Assembly: GCA_963762165.1 (NCBI GenBank) | Contig: CAVXJN010000003.1 | Coordinates: forward strand, 1,601,066-1,665,065 | Length of the DNA: 64,000 nt | Direction of reading: 5' to 3' | DNA from: an uncultured Gammaproteobacteria bacterium | Lineage (GTDB): Bacteria; Pseudomonadota; Gammaproteobacteria; JASBUN01 | Shown here: positions 51,951 to 61,452 of the stretch, one piece after another | How the letters are laid out: the number at the start of each line of letters is the position of its first letter | Position numbering within the stretch: the stretch's first letter is position 1 | Notes under the pieces: generated by a model | Seen by the model: only the letters and a program-made list of their open reading frames with translations | Told to the model about the DNA's origin: nothing | Database searches by the model: none | Program-made: the position numbers and the translations under genes

Positions 51951-53234
51951 ATGCAACTCGGAAACGCAATTGCACGGGCATCAATTCTGGTAACGCTGCT
52001 GACCACGGGTCCGCTGCTGGCCGCTCCGGGGGGAGTTCCGGGAAAGCCTCCCGGCACACCCGGAGGCGGAGGTGGAGGCGAAGTGGAAACGGCAGGCAGT
52101 AATCTGTCTTTCCCAGTGATTCTGTCGGATAACGTATCATTTTCGGGATTCCCGGCGGACGGTCCTTGGCGCTTCGAACCGATCACGGATCCGACGACCC
52201 AATGCGTCGGAGAGGATGGGGTCGAGGGCGCTGTTCCATCGGACATCACGTGCTATTACGGTCGCAAGGTCACGGTCGTTCCCGAGACAGGGGAAATCGT
52301 CTTCGAGGGAGATCTCAAGGTCTGGTGGTTGCAGAAGCGTCCGCAAAACTTCTGGAAGGCACTGAGCGTCCCACATACTTCCGCGGACACGCCGTTGGCA
52401 GTCAGTGCCGTGGACGTTGGCGATTTGCTCGAGTCCAGTCCCCAGATCGCAACAAGACAGATCCGCACCGAATTCAACTTGTTGCAAAGCATTGATGCGA
52501 GCGACCCTGAATTCGGGCCGTTCCTGGTATCGGATTGGAGTGTGGACGTTCCCGCCCCTTGCACCATCCCCGATGCGCTCGGAGAGAGCGTCGGGTGCTT
52601 CGCCGCCGTTGCGATGAGTGGAGCGGTGCCGGGAACCGAACAGAGCGGAAGTGAAGCGCAGGGCACCGACTTCGGGCCCGGTGCGGCCGTCGGGCTGTAT
52701 CCTGGAACCCGGACCTTCATCGACCCGACCACGGTGCGTACTGCGGTCGACCAATCCGGAACGGCGATTCCGATTCAGGCACTGGTCTATTCACATTGCG
52801 CGCGCCTGGTCATCCAGCCGATTGCGGGCACGCCGACCTGGGACCCCGCAGCCGGCCAATGGAGCGGACCGGGCGTCGGGAACCCGGTGGTCAACGTTGC
52901 GGCTTACGCCGGTGACTATTCCGTCGAGATCAACTCGGGCGGCGGGATCGTGTACGGCTACAACTGGAATGCCAAGACCGCTGCCACCGGCACGTATCGA
53001 CTGACCTTCGTGCTCGACGGCAACGACACGCAGGGACCGCAGTGTTCCACGACGCTGACCACCAATTTCGAGTCCGGGGTCACAAAGCTCGTGAATGTTG
53101 GCGAGGCCAATGTGCCCCACATCTTGTACGCCGGAGACTCGCAGCTGGGTGACGAAGGCGGGTTGGTATACCTGGATCTGATCTTGTCGCCCAAGGGTGG
53201 CGGGGGCGGTGGTGGCGCCCACGGCCCGCGCTGA
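51951..53234 (+). CDS. Hypothetical secreted protein (Gly-runs near both termini)
   Basis: TAGGAGG RBS and signal peptide ...GPLLA/AP. GTPGGGGGGE follows the signal and KGGGGGGGAHGPR sits at the C-terminus. A strong terminator follows. No family recognised. Confidence 0.6.
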   Translation: MQLGNAIARASILVTLLTTGPLLAAPGGVPGKPPGTPGGGGGGEVETAGSNLSFPVILSDNVSFSGFPADGPWRFEPITDPTTQCVGEDGVEGAVPSDITCYYGRKVTVVPETGEIVFEGDLKVWWLQKRPQNFWKALSVPHTSADTPLAVSAVDVGDLLESSPQIATRQIRTEFNLLQSIDASDPEFGPFLVSDWSVDVPAPCTIPDALGESVGCFAAVAMSGAVPGTEQSGSEAQGTDFGPGAAVGLYPGTRTFIDPTTVRTAVDQSGTAIPIQALVYSHCARLVIQPIAGTPTWDPAAGQWSGPGVGNPVVNVAAYAGDYSVEINSGGGIVYGYNWNAKTAATGTYRLTFVLDGNDTQGPQCSTTLTTNFESGVTKLVNVGEANVPHILYAGDSQLGDEGGLVYLDLILSPKGGGGGGGAHGPR

Positions 53235-53259
53235 TCGAGATGGGAATTGATAGTTCGGA

Positions 53260-53300
53260 GGGTCGAGGCAGAGCAGCGCCTCGACCCTTGATTTTATTCT
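53260..53300 (+). terminator. Rho-independent terminator between convergent genes
   Basis: GGGTCGAGGC agagcagc GCCTCGACCC is a perfect 10-bp stem, followed by TTGATTTTATTCT. Confidence 0.75.
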
Positions 53301-53317
53301 CGCCGGAGGGGCGTGGA

Positions 53318-55048
53318 CTATCTCGGAACGCGGGTGATGTACACGCCCGCCAGTCCCTCTTCTTCAGTGCCGCCCTCGACGCCCATTGAGGCCGCGACCG
53401 CCAACCAGTGGCCACGCAGGCCTTCACGCTCGAGACCCACTTCGGTGACCAGCGAGCCGGTTGGCGCCTCCGGGTCCACCGATGAGCCGTCAGTGTTGGT
53501 GTCGATCACGGTGAAGGCATTCTGTCCGCGCCCGCGGGAGAGATAAATGCCCACCGCATCATCGGTCTGCGCCTTGAAAGCAGTTGTGATTCCGGAGACC
53601 GCAACAAAGGCTGAGGAACGCCAGCGGGCCGGTTCACCGTCATCCCCGCCGTCCTCTTCGCCGTGACCTGCGGCGCTGGTGCATGGCGGCTTCCCGGAAT
53701 ACGTCCAGAACCGGAAATTGCGGAACCGCAATCCCGTACTGGCGGTTTTGTACGTACGGGCATTGCGGACATCGTGCACGAAGATCCCCTGATTGACCGG
53801 GACCTCTTTGTCCTGGAAGCACCCGGTGCCGTCGCAGATGCTGTTCGGGTCGCCCAGGGTTTCTCCCGTGTCTTCGCATACCAGGCTTCGATTGCAGTAT
53901 GCGATCCGGTCTTGGTTGCCTTCCGTGGGGCAGTAGAGGCGTACTGTCCGCGTCGCCTCGCCCCAGGCGCCCCAGAATCCGACGAATCGGCCATCAAATG
54001 CCAAACCCTCGCCCAGCTTGTGGAAGGTACCTCCGCTACGCTCGCCCGGCACCCGTTCGCCGATGCGGACCAAAGTGGTGAGCTCCGGCGCCGGTGCTAA
54101 TGGAGCCAGGTAGATGCCGCCCAGCGTGGGCGCGTCTTCGTTGTCGAAGCCGGAAAACACGACCGACGCTCCGGCCGCGCTGGGCGGCGAAGTCGAACCG
54201 AACACCTCGTCGGTGCCCGGAATTGGGGTGTCTGTGTTATTGGCGATCAATACCACCGGGGCCATGCCTCCGGCCGGCGCCAGCTGGCGGCCGTCCGACG
54301 CCAGCACAATTGGGTTGTCGGTGAGCTGCCGATAGAACACACCGGTCCTGCCGAGGCCAGCGGTGGTGTAATTGCCTTTGAACGCGAGGGTGTTGCGTGC
54401 GGTGACCGAAGGCGCACCCGGGAATACGTCGAACATGGTGGGTGGCTCCACCCCCGGTACGGCGAAAAATTGGAAGTCCGGCACCGCGCCCAGCTTGGAT
54501 GCGCCGGTGATCAGATCACCGAAGGGATTGGTATAGACCCCGGAGGTGCCGGCACGGGTCGTGATCGGTTCTCCGGTGTCCGGGTCGACCCCGACTGTGT
54601 ACTCCCACACCGGGGGGTGATTACCCCGGGTGGCGATGGTGTCGGACCACATATCAATGCGCGGAAACGCGGGGGTTTCGACGAAGCTCTCATCGAGATT
54701 GTTCGGCACTGGCACTTGCGTGCTGCGGTCGAGAATCCTGATGATGGGGTTCGTCGCCACGTCGCTAAGAGACATGTCACGGATATAGATCCCGTGCGTG
54801 GGCTGTGCTCCCCTTCCGCCTCGACTGCGCGCCCGGATCACGACAAGTCCGCGCACGTTCACAGACGGTTGATTGTAACTGTTGAACGTCCGCCCCAACG
54901 GGTCGCCGGGAATTCGGTCGTTATTGTTCACAACCGTCGCCCAGGGGTACCGAGATGGCAAAGGGAACGGTGGAGCGGCGCTGACTACCGCCGGCACGCT
55001 CATAATTATCCAGCTGATGAGTAAGATCCTCGATCCACGCGTGTTCAT
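53318..55048 (-). CDS. Hypothetical secreted repeat protein (propeller-like modules each ending G[IV][YF][ILY])
   Basis: GGGAGGTG RBS and signal peptide ...PAVVSA/AP. Recurrent module ends are HGIYIRD, TGVFYRQ, GGIYLAP, VGIYLSR and AGVYITR, with AF/FxG segments (TLAFKGNY, VVFSGF, GLAFDGRFVGF, TAFKAQ). Confidence 0.65.
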   Translation of the reverse strand: MNTRGSRILLISWIIMSVPAVVSAAPPFPLPSRYPWATVVNNNDRIPGDPLGRTFNSYNQPSVNVRGLVVIRARSRGGRGAQPTHGIYIRDMSLSDVATNPIIRILDRSTQVPVPNNLDESFVETPAFPRIDMWSDTIATRGNHPPVWEYTVGVDPDTGEPITTRAGTSGVYTNPFGDLITGASKLGAVPDFQFFAVPGVEPPTMFDVFPGAPSVTARNTLAFKGNYTTAGLGRTGVFYRQLTDNPIVLASDGRQLAPAGGMAPVVLIANNTDTPIPGTDEVFGSTSPPSAAGASVVFSGFDNEDAPTLGGIYLAPLAPAPELTTLVRIGERVPGERSGGTFHKLGEGLAFDGRFVGFWGAWGEATRTVRLYCPTEGNQDRIAYCNRSLVCEDTGETLGDPNSICDGTGCFQDKEVPVNQGIFVHDVRNARTYKTASTGLRFRNFRFWTYSGKPPCTSAAGHGEEDGGDDGEPARWRSSAFVAVSGITTAFKAQTDDAVGIYLSRGRGQNAFTVIDTNTDGSSVDPEAPTGSLVTEVGLEREGLRGHWLAVAASMGVEGGTEEEGLAGVYITRVPR

Positions 55049-55644
55049 TGGGGTACACCTCCCTCGGACCTGATGGGCTTGTTACTGCGCGAGGCCAGCC
55101 GGCTTCCCGGCCCGATGTTTTTTTTGCGGTGCAATACCGCACTCGGCGTTGTCCCCGATATTAAGCGTAGCGCGGAACGGGGATTTTTCACTGGATACTA
55201 GAAGCGTGAATGGTTGCGTGCGAGCGCGTTCCCAAACCGCGGTAACGGGCTGAGCGTGCGCAAATCATCGATTCATTTGGGGAGTTAGCTGACTTTTTGC
55301 CGCCACTGGTATGAGTCATGACAGTATGGCTGCGTGCTCTCGGTCCGCATTTGCGTGTAGGTTCCATGGTCATACCCGCTCCAATGCACCTTCCCTTGGA
55401 CCTGAATAAAAGGGGACGGAGGGATTAAATTGTGTACACCCCATGTTCTCTTGTCTTGCGAAGAAGTATTTTCGGGGACGGACCACGGTTTCCGAGCGGA
55501 GTATCCATGGTGGCGCTCGCCCATCGCGACCGTGCACATTCGGAGGGAGAGTGGTTACCCGCGGGCGGAGCGCCGCAGTCGTCTTGATCCCGCCGGTCTC
55601 TCTGCGTACATTTCTCCTGAGAACGATCCGGGAGGGCCGATTCC

Positions 55645-56445
55645 TTGTCCGACGCAGGTGCGCATCCACCCGTCAGTCCCGACGAGCTGCCGTTCGTTGC
55701 GCCGTGCCGGCGACTGCGGGAGACCGCGCCGCTGAATTGGCTGCGGCTCGGCTGGCGTGATTTCCGCCGCGCGCCGAAGCAGAGTCTCACTCTCGGTTTG
55801 GTTGCCGTCGCGGTCAGCTGGCTGGTGGCTGCGCTGGGCTGGTACCTGGGCAACGTCGCCGGGCTGGCGGCCCTGCTCAGCGGCTTCCTGATCCTCGGTC
55901 CGGCACTTGCGATTGGCTTTTATTCGATCAGCCAGCAGCTTGATCAGGGCCGCTCCCCCGTGCTCGGCTATTGCCTGCAGCAGGACCGCCGGCATCTGGG
56001 CAACATACTCGTGTTCAGCCTCATCCTGCTGGTCGTATTCCTCATCTGGGCGCGCGCGGCGTCCATGGTGCACATCTTTTTTCCGGAGACGGTAGAGTAC
56101 CAATGGCGGGAACTGCTGCCTTTTCTTGGCATCGGCAGCGCCGTCGGCGCGGTGTTTGCGTCGGTGATCTTTGCCGCGAGTGCGTTTTCCCTGCCGATGA
56201 TCATGGACCGCAAAACCGATGTCGTCACCGCGGTGGTGACCAGCGTCAACGCGGTGCTGCGCAACAAGCCGGCGATGCTGGTCTGGGCTACCGTCATTGT
56301 CTTGGTTGTACTAGTGGGATTCGCGACTGCATTTCTCGGGTTTGCCGTCCTCATCCCGGTGATCGGCCATGCGACCTGGCATGGCTATCGCGAGACCGTC
56401 GATGCGTCAGCGTGGCCGCTCGAGGAAATACAAGATATCCATTAG
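55645..56445 (+). CDS. DUF2189 family integral membrane protein
   Basis: GGGAGGG RBS precedes TTG 55645. LNWLRLGWRDFRRAPKQSL is followed by 5-6 TM helices, as in DUF2189 (COG5473). Confidence 0.7.
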   Translation: MSDAGAHPPVSPDELPFVAPCRRLRETAPLNWLRLGWRDFRRAPKQSLTLGLVAVAVSWLVAALGWYLGNVAGLAALLSGFLILGPALAIGFYSISQQLDQGRSPVLGYCLQQDRRHLGNILVFSLILLVVFLIWARAASMVHIFFPETVEYQWRELLPFLGIGSAVGAVFASVIFAASAFSLPMIMDRKTDVVTAVVTSVNAVLRNKPAMLVWATVIVLVVLVGFATAFLGFAVLIPVIGHATWHGYRETVDASAWPLEEIQDIH

Positions 56446-56550
56446 CCACTGGCGCGTGTGCAGTCGGGGACAGACCACGGGTTCACGGCGTATGCGAATG
56501 CCCGCGTAGGGCCGAGCCACGACTTTTAACTTAAAGGATCAAACTCGGAA

Positions 56551-57300
56551 CTAAGGCGCCGGCTGCGGCAATACCCCGTCCACCAGAAACGATTCCATCG
56601 GAAATACCAACGTCGATTCCTCCGCGCTGTAGAACATCACCCGTTCGCCATCGGTGTCGCACAGCCAGGCTTGTTGAAACGTGGGTTTGGATTTCTTCAG
56701 TGCCGCAGGGCTGAACAGTGCGACGTTGAGTCCTCCCTGGCGGTCGCGCGCGGAGGGATATTGGAATGCTTCGATGCCGGCGTCGCGCATGCGTTGTCCC
56801 AGCAGTTGGCTGTCGCTGTAGCCAGCGGGGTTTGCGATTTGCTTCGTGAAGGCGGCGAAGGGCGGGTTTTGCAGGTGCAATCCATGATCGGTTGCGTATG
56901 CGGCGCCGAACACGGTGTGGGCGGTGACGAGTTTGCCGCTGGGGGGCGGTAGTGTCATGCCGTTCCAGAACACGAGCCGGTAGTAGGCGGTTTCCGCCAA
57001 TGCGGTGCGTAGTTCGACCGATGCGTAGAACAGACTCGGTTGGTTGGGGCCGCCGAAGCGCGAACCGTGGCGCAGGGGCGGATACCGAAACGGGGTGGCT
57101 AGCAGGTAGTGCAGGCGTCGCGTTTCCGCAGGAGCAGGTGGTTTAGCCTCGTCCAGCAATGATTCCAGCAGTGCCTGCTCGGCCAGATCGTCCACCAGGG
57201 AGTTGGTGGCGATCTGTTCCTGGCTTTCGACCACACGAATCGCGGTCCCCGCCAGGGATTCCGGCTGCGCCTGTCCGGCACAGGCTTTCCAGATGTCCAC
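56551..57300 (-). CDS. RES domain toxin (NAD+-targeting type II toxin)
   Basis: RES signature PLRHGSRFGGPNQPSLFYASVELRTALAETAYY...YPSARD... Its GTG start shares one nt with the antitoxin stop. Confidence 0.9.
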   Translation of the reverse strand: MDIWKACAGQAQPESLAGTAIRVVESQEQIATNSLVDDLAEQALLESLLDEAKPPAPAETRRLHYLLATPFRYPPLRHGSRFGGPNQPSLFYASVELRTALAETAYYRLVFWNGMTLPPPSGKLVTAHTVFGAAYATDHGLHLQNPPFAAFTKQIANPAGYSDSQLLGQRMRDAGIEAFQYPSARDRQGGLNVALFSPAALKKSKPTFQQAWLCDTDGERVMFYSAEESTLVFPMESFLVDGVLPQPAP

Positions 57301-57656
57301 TACACCTTGCCGCGCATGGCATCGAGGTATTCGACCACTCGCACCAAACCCTGCACGGATTTGATCTGTTCGGCAGGCACGCCGCCGGTGTGATGATTCT
57401 CAGTGTGCATCCAGTGGCGCATATCGGTCGGGGCGCCGCCCACCAGTACATAGAGGCTGCGGTAGGCGCGGATCAGCAGCAGGGCCAACTCGCCCGGCTT
57501 GCTGGCCGGATCGAATCCTCGATACAAGGCGCTGCGGTCGCGGCCGACGATAATGCCGAGCTCCGCTTGGGGAATGCCGAGCGCCTTGCCGGCATTGAGC
57601 AGCGCTTTACGCAAGGTTTCTTTGCTGGTCGGCTGCGGTGCGATGTGGGCTGTCAT
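57300..57656 (-). CDS. Xre/MbcA/ParS-type antitoxin (HTH plus DUF2384 toxin-binding domain)
   Basis: KALGIPQAELGIIVGRDRSALYR (HTH). The C-terminus DMRHWMHTENHHTGGVPAEQIKSVQGLVRVVEYLDAMRG is typical of DUF2384. Confidence 0.85.
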   Translation of the reverse strand: MTAHIAPQPTSKETLRKALLNAGKALGIPQAELGIIVGRDRSALYRGFDPASKPGELALLLIRAYRSLYVLVGGAPTDMRHWMHTENHHTGGVPAEQIKSVQGLVRVVEYLDAMRGKV

Positions 57657-57671
57657 GACAGATCCGATATG

Positions 57672-57712
57672 TTGTATAAGCAAAATAATAGCAGATTACG
57701 TTGTATTTGCAA
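57672..57712. promoter_or_regulatory. Two near-identical 12-bp sites TTGTATAAGCAA / TTGTATTTGCAA upstream of the antitoxin (candidate operators)
   Basis: Sites at 57672-57683 and 57701-57712, 29 bp apart, each with TTG..CAA palindromic ends, in the only AT-rich stretch of this intergenic region. Confidence 0.3.
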
Positions 57713-57962
57713 CGATCACGGCAATATCCGACGCGGTCGGCCCTCCTCGGGGGAGGGCGCGGACAGCGACGGAAACCGCGGCTAGGGTGTGGGGAGTATC
57801 CGTCGGGGCCGGATGGGACACGGGCGCCGCCGCGCTGCGAACGGGTCGAGCCCGACCGGGATCGCGGCGCCGGCAGGCGTAACATTCTGTGAGGGCGGCG
57901 TGCGGGCGGGAAGCCGCCGTCTATGCTTGGGCGGATTGAGGGGCCTACAACGGAGGGTAGCC

Positions 57963-58175
57963 ATGAGCAGGGTAGTTCTATACGGAGACGACGCGATCCG
58001 GTACGCGGAGAACCATCACATTGCAGTACATCTGCGCGAGGATCGAGACGAAGAAGCAAGTACCGATTTCGGGCACGCACGGGAATTGGCGGCGGACAAC
58101 CCTCGGGATGTCTGGGTGGAAATCGAAGGTAACGTCAATACGGGCAAGGACGGCGAAGGGCCGCGCGGCGGCTGA
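57963..58175 (+). CDS. Hypothetical small acidic protein (70 aa)
   Basis: GGAGGG RBS 5 nt upstream of ATG 57963. MSRVVLYGDDAIRYAENHHIAVHLREDRDEE... No family recognised. Confidence 0.3.
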   Translation: MSRVVLYGDDAIRYAENHHIAVHLREDRDEEASTDFGHARELAADNPRDVWVEIEGNVNTGKDGEGPRGG

Positions 58176-58209
58176 AGTCGCCTCTATTCAGATAGAAGTT
58201 TTTTCGTGC

Positions 58210-58998
58210 TCACCGCCGGGGCTGGCACTTCGGACAGTAATAGGCGCTACGCCCCGCGGCGGTGACACGTTTGACCTTGCCACCGCAGCGGGGGCAGGGC
58301 ATACCTTCCTCTCGGTTCGGCAGTAGAAACGATTTCGGCATCCGTTCAGGATCCGCCTTGGCTTTGATTGCCTGTTGCAGCACTTGTTTGATTGCCCGGT
58401 GAAGCGCGCCGATGGCGCTCTTGTCCAGCTTCTGCAGCGCCGTTTGTGGATGCACTCCGGCCCGCAGCAGAATCTCGTCGCTGTAGACGTTGCCGATACC
58501 GGCAATTGCTTTCTGGTCCATGAGCCAGGCTTTGACTGCGCCTTTGCGTTGCGCGGCGAGGTTTCGAAACTGCGCCAAGTCCACCGCCATGGCATCGGGG
58601 CCGAGGTGTTTACCCTCGACGAATGCGTCCGGGTTTTGGCTCCATGCAATATGGCCGAGTTTGCGCGGCGCGATGTACGCCAGGTGGGCGTCGTGCGCGA
58701 AGCGGATGACAAGGCCGATGCCTTTCGGTTGGGGATGTTCGCCGCGCGCATATTCCAACCGTCCCGTCATGCCGAAATGCAGCACCAGCCAGCCGCGCTC
58801 GTCTGCTTGGACGAATAGATATTTCCCATGACGCCGGGTCTGCGCGAATTGGGCGCCCTTCAAATGACGACCCAGGCTCTGTGGTGTCAGGTGATCCAGC
58901 AGCGACGGGGACGGCATATCCACGCCGGTGACAGTCTGTTTGAGTGCGGTCGCATCGACATACCGCTTGTAGGTTTCGACGTCGGGTAGTTCGGGCAT
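58210..58998 (-). CDS. Fpg/Nei family DNA glycosylase / AP lyase
   Basis: N-terminal MPELPDVE catalytic motif, H2TH region GIGNVYSDEILLRAGVHP, and C-terminal zinc finger CPRCGGKV...YYCPKCQ. Confidence 0.9.
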   Translation of the reverse strand: MPELPDVETYKRYVDATALKQTVTGVDMPSPSLLDHLTPQSLGRHLKGAQFAQTRRHGKYLFVQADERGWLVLHFGMTGRLEYARGEHPQPKGIGLVIRFAHDAHLAYIAPRKLGHIAWSQNPDAFVEGKHLGPDAMAVDLAQFRNLAAQRKGAVKAWLMDQKAIAGIGNVYSDEILLRAGVHPQTALQKLDKSAIGALHRAIKQVLQQAIKAKADPERMPKSFLLPNREEGMPCPRCGGKVKRVTAAGRSAYYCPKCQPRR

Positions 58999-59258
58999 GG
59001 CGCATCGGCTCCGGCCTGCGGGCCGCCGTGCGGCGGTTTGGATTCAATTTAGATGGCCCCCGCGGGGGCCGCAAATGCTTGCAGGGGGGCTTGCTGGGAA
59101 ATCGACCGGCGGCTCCGGGGGGAACGACAATTCGCCTTGCTGTCCTCGATATCCGTGGCCTACTATCTGAAACATCAGGCAATGTTCGGAGGAGGCACGC
59201 TGAGTTCGAGGAGACGGCAACACACCAACAAACCAAAAAAGGTCGTGAGGTGAATACA

Positions 59259-60482
59259 ATGTATACAAAACCAATAAAGTTTCTCCTTGTCGGGATGGCC
59301 ATGCTGGGAATGGCGGTGACGGTTTTCAGCGCTTCGGCCGCAGACGACGATACCGTGGTGCTGGGCGCCGCAGTGTCGCTGACCGGAAAGTATTCCACCA
59401 ACGGCAAGTACACTCGAAACGGCTACGATCTTGCGGTCTCCCGCGTCAACGAAATGGGCGGGGTCAAGATCGGTGATAAGACCTACAAGCTCAAGGTCGT
59501 CTACTACGACGACGAATCGACTCCCGCCCGCGGCGCGCAGCTCGTCGAACGTCTGATCTCCCAGGACCACGTCAAGTTCATGCTCGGGCCCTATAGTTCG
59601 GGCCTGACCAAGGCTATGGCGCCGGTCACCGAGAAATATGAAATTCCCATGGTGGAAGCGAATGGCGCCTCGGTTTCGCTGTTCAACAAGGGCTATCGCT
59701 ATCTGTTCGCGATTCTGTCCTCCACCGAATATTACCTGCGCTCGGCGGTCGACCTGCTTGCGGAAAACGCCAAAGAAAACGGCAAGGATCCATCGAAACT
59801 GCGGATCGCCATGGCGTTCGAAAACGACCCCTTCAGCCAGGACATCCGCAAGGGTGTGATGGACCAGGCCAAGGAATACGGCATGAAGATCGTGGTCGAC
59901 GACAAGCTGCCGCCGGACTTGAGCGACATGACCGCGACGCTGACCAAGGTCAAGGCACTGAGACCGGATGCATTGCTGGTATCGGGTCATGCCAAAGGCG
60001 CGGCGTTGATGGCCCGCGAGACCCATGCAATGCATGTTCGGCCTCCCATGATGGCCACAACCCATTGCGATTCGGCCAAGATCGCGGAGAATCAGGCAGA
60101 AGCGGCCGAGGGAATCCTGTGCGCATCGCAATGGGATCGTTCCTTGAGCTACAAGGACGATTGGTTCGGGACCGCGGAAGACTACGCCAAGTTGTACGAA
60201 AAGACCTACGGCGTAGCGCCTCCTTATCAAAGTGCGGAGTCCAGCGCCGCGGTGTTGGTATACGCCGATGCATTCAAACGTGCCGGGACGCTCGATCCGA
60301 AGAAGGTGAGGGATGCGATTGCCGCCACTGACCTGGATACTTTCTACGGCCATATCAAGTTCAGTGACGCCGGCATGAACATCGCTAAACCCATGGTGCT
60401 CTATCAAGTCCAGGACGGGGAATACAAGGTAGTGGCGCCATCGAAATGGGCTAACTCCAAGTTGGTCTATCCCCTCAAGTGA
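59259..60482 (+). CDS. ABC transporter periplasmic substrate-binding protein (Leu/Ile/Val-binding protein family)
   Basis: GAGGTG RBS and signal peptide ...VFSASA/AD. VVLGAAVSLTGKYSTNGKYTRNGYDLAVSRVNEMGG is typical of type I PBPs of the LivK family. Confidence 0.9.
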   Translation: MYTKPIKFLLVGMAMLGMAVTVFSASAADDDTVVLGAAVSLTGKYSTNGKYTRNGYDLAVSRVNEMGGVKIGDKTYKLKVVYYDDESTPARGAQLVERLISQDHVKFMLGPYSSGLTKAMAPVTEKYEIPMVEANGASVSLFNKGYRYLFAILSSTEYYLRSAVDLLAENAKENGKDPSKLRIAMAFENDPFSQDIRKGVMDQAKEYGMKIVVDDKLPPDLSDMTATLTKVKALRPDALLVSGHAKGAALMARETHAMHVRPPMMATTHCDSAKIAENQAEAAEGILCASQWDRSLSYKDDWFGTAEDYAKLYEKTYGVAPPYQSAESSAAVLVYADAFKRAGTLDPKKVRDAIAATDLDTFYGHIKFSDAGMNIAKPMVLYQVQDGEYKVVAPSKWANSKLVYPLK

Positions 60483-60552
60483 CCGGCCGGTCACAGCGGT
60501 CCAACCAACCCGCAGCTGCGCATGGAATGCCCGGCTGCGGGCGGTGGTCATA

Positions 60553-61452
60553 ATGGACAATCTGCAGATCCTGTTCGACGCGCCGGTGCTGTCGATGCAG
60601 CTATTGATCGACGGGCTGCTGGTGGGCGCGATCTTCGCCTTGGTGGCCTACGGCATGGCGCTGGTCTGGGGCGTGATGAATATCATCAATGTTGCCCAGG
60701 GCGAGTTCGTGATGCTGGGCGGCTATGTGGCCTTTTACCTTTACCAGGCCGGCATTCACCCGCTCTACGGTGTCCCCCTGGCTGCAGTCGCGCTTTACGT
60801 GCTTGGCTGGGCTTTATATCGGTCCGTGATCTTTCGGATTGTGGATCGCGACCTGTTCACTTCGCTGTTGGCCACGTTCGGCCTGGGCATCCTGCTGCAG
60901 CAGCTTGCCAATGAGTTGTTCGGCGCCGACGTCAGAACCGCGCAGTCGGGTCTCGGAACCTGGTTCCTGTTCGATGGCATGGTCACGGTACCGCAGATCA
61001 AAGTTGTGGCATTTGTCATCGCCCTGGTTATCGGCGGCGTATTGTTGTGGTTTCTCAAACGTTCGCGCATCGGCCAGGCGATCCGGGCGACCGCGCAGAA
61101 CGCCCGCGCAGCCCGGGTCATGGGCATCGATACCGATCGCGTTTATGCGGCAACGTTTGCCCTCAATGCGGCAATCTGCGGCGCCGCGGGCGCCCTGGTG
61201 TCGATGATCTGGATCATCCAACCTTATTTCGGCCTGCCGTTCACCGCGCGCTCGTTCATGATCGTGGTGGTCGCCGGTGTCGGTCAGGTCGCCGGCGTGC
61301 TCGTGGCCGGCTTGGGCCTGGGGGTGGCGGAAGGCTTTGCCGGGTTCATTCTCGGGTCCCAGTTTCAGACCGCGTTCGTGTTCGGGTTGTTGGTGCTGAT
61401 CCTGGTTTGGCGACGGATACGGCTAAGCCGTCAGCGGAGGTATTTGAGTTGA
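60553..61452 (+). CDS. livH: Branched-chain amino acid ABC transporter permease
   Basis: LLIDGLLVGAIFALVAYGMALVWGVMNIINVAQGEF, RIGQAIRATAQNARAARVMGI. An alternative GTG start lies at 60544. Confidence 0.9.
   Translation: MDNLQILFDAPVLSMQLLIDGLLVGAIFALVAYGMALVWGVMNIINVAQGEFVMLGGYVAFYLYQAGIHPLYGVPLAAVALYVLGWALYRSVIFRIVDRDLFTSLLATFGLGILLQQLANELFGADVRTAQSGLGTWFLFDGMVTVPQIKVVAFVIALVIGGVLLWFLKRSRIGQAIRATAQNARAARVMGIDTDRVYAATFALNAAICGAAGALVSMIWIIQPYFGLPFTARSFMIVVVAGVGQVAGVLVAGLGLGVAEGFAGFILGSQFQTAFVFGLLVLILVWRRIRLSRQRRYLS

Noticed and set aside
55049-55644. 600-bp intergenic region checked for an ncRNA (RNase P, tmRNA, riboswitch)
   Set aside because: None of the conserved cores I know (for example GAGGAAAGTCCGG for RNase P, or a tmRNA tag region) is present. 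The listed ORFs there are short, overlapping and compositionally random.
59055-59070. Perfect 16-bp GC palindrome GGCCCCCGCGGGGGCC between fpg and the Liv binding-protein gene
   Set aside because: It lies upstream of both divergent genes, so it cannot terminate either. It is a single copy in the window, so I cannot call it a REP element. It is possibly just a GC-rich hairpin.
59175-60560. 461-aa minus-strand ORF antisense to the Liv-type binding protein. Similar long antisense ORFs occur at 15319-16269, 17034-18188, 45066-46331, 48735-49721 and 41416-42303.
   Set aside because: These are typical stop-poor antisense frames of GC-rich genes. In each case the opposite strand carries a gene with unmistakable family motifs, and the antisense products are Arg/His/Gly-rich without motifs.
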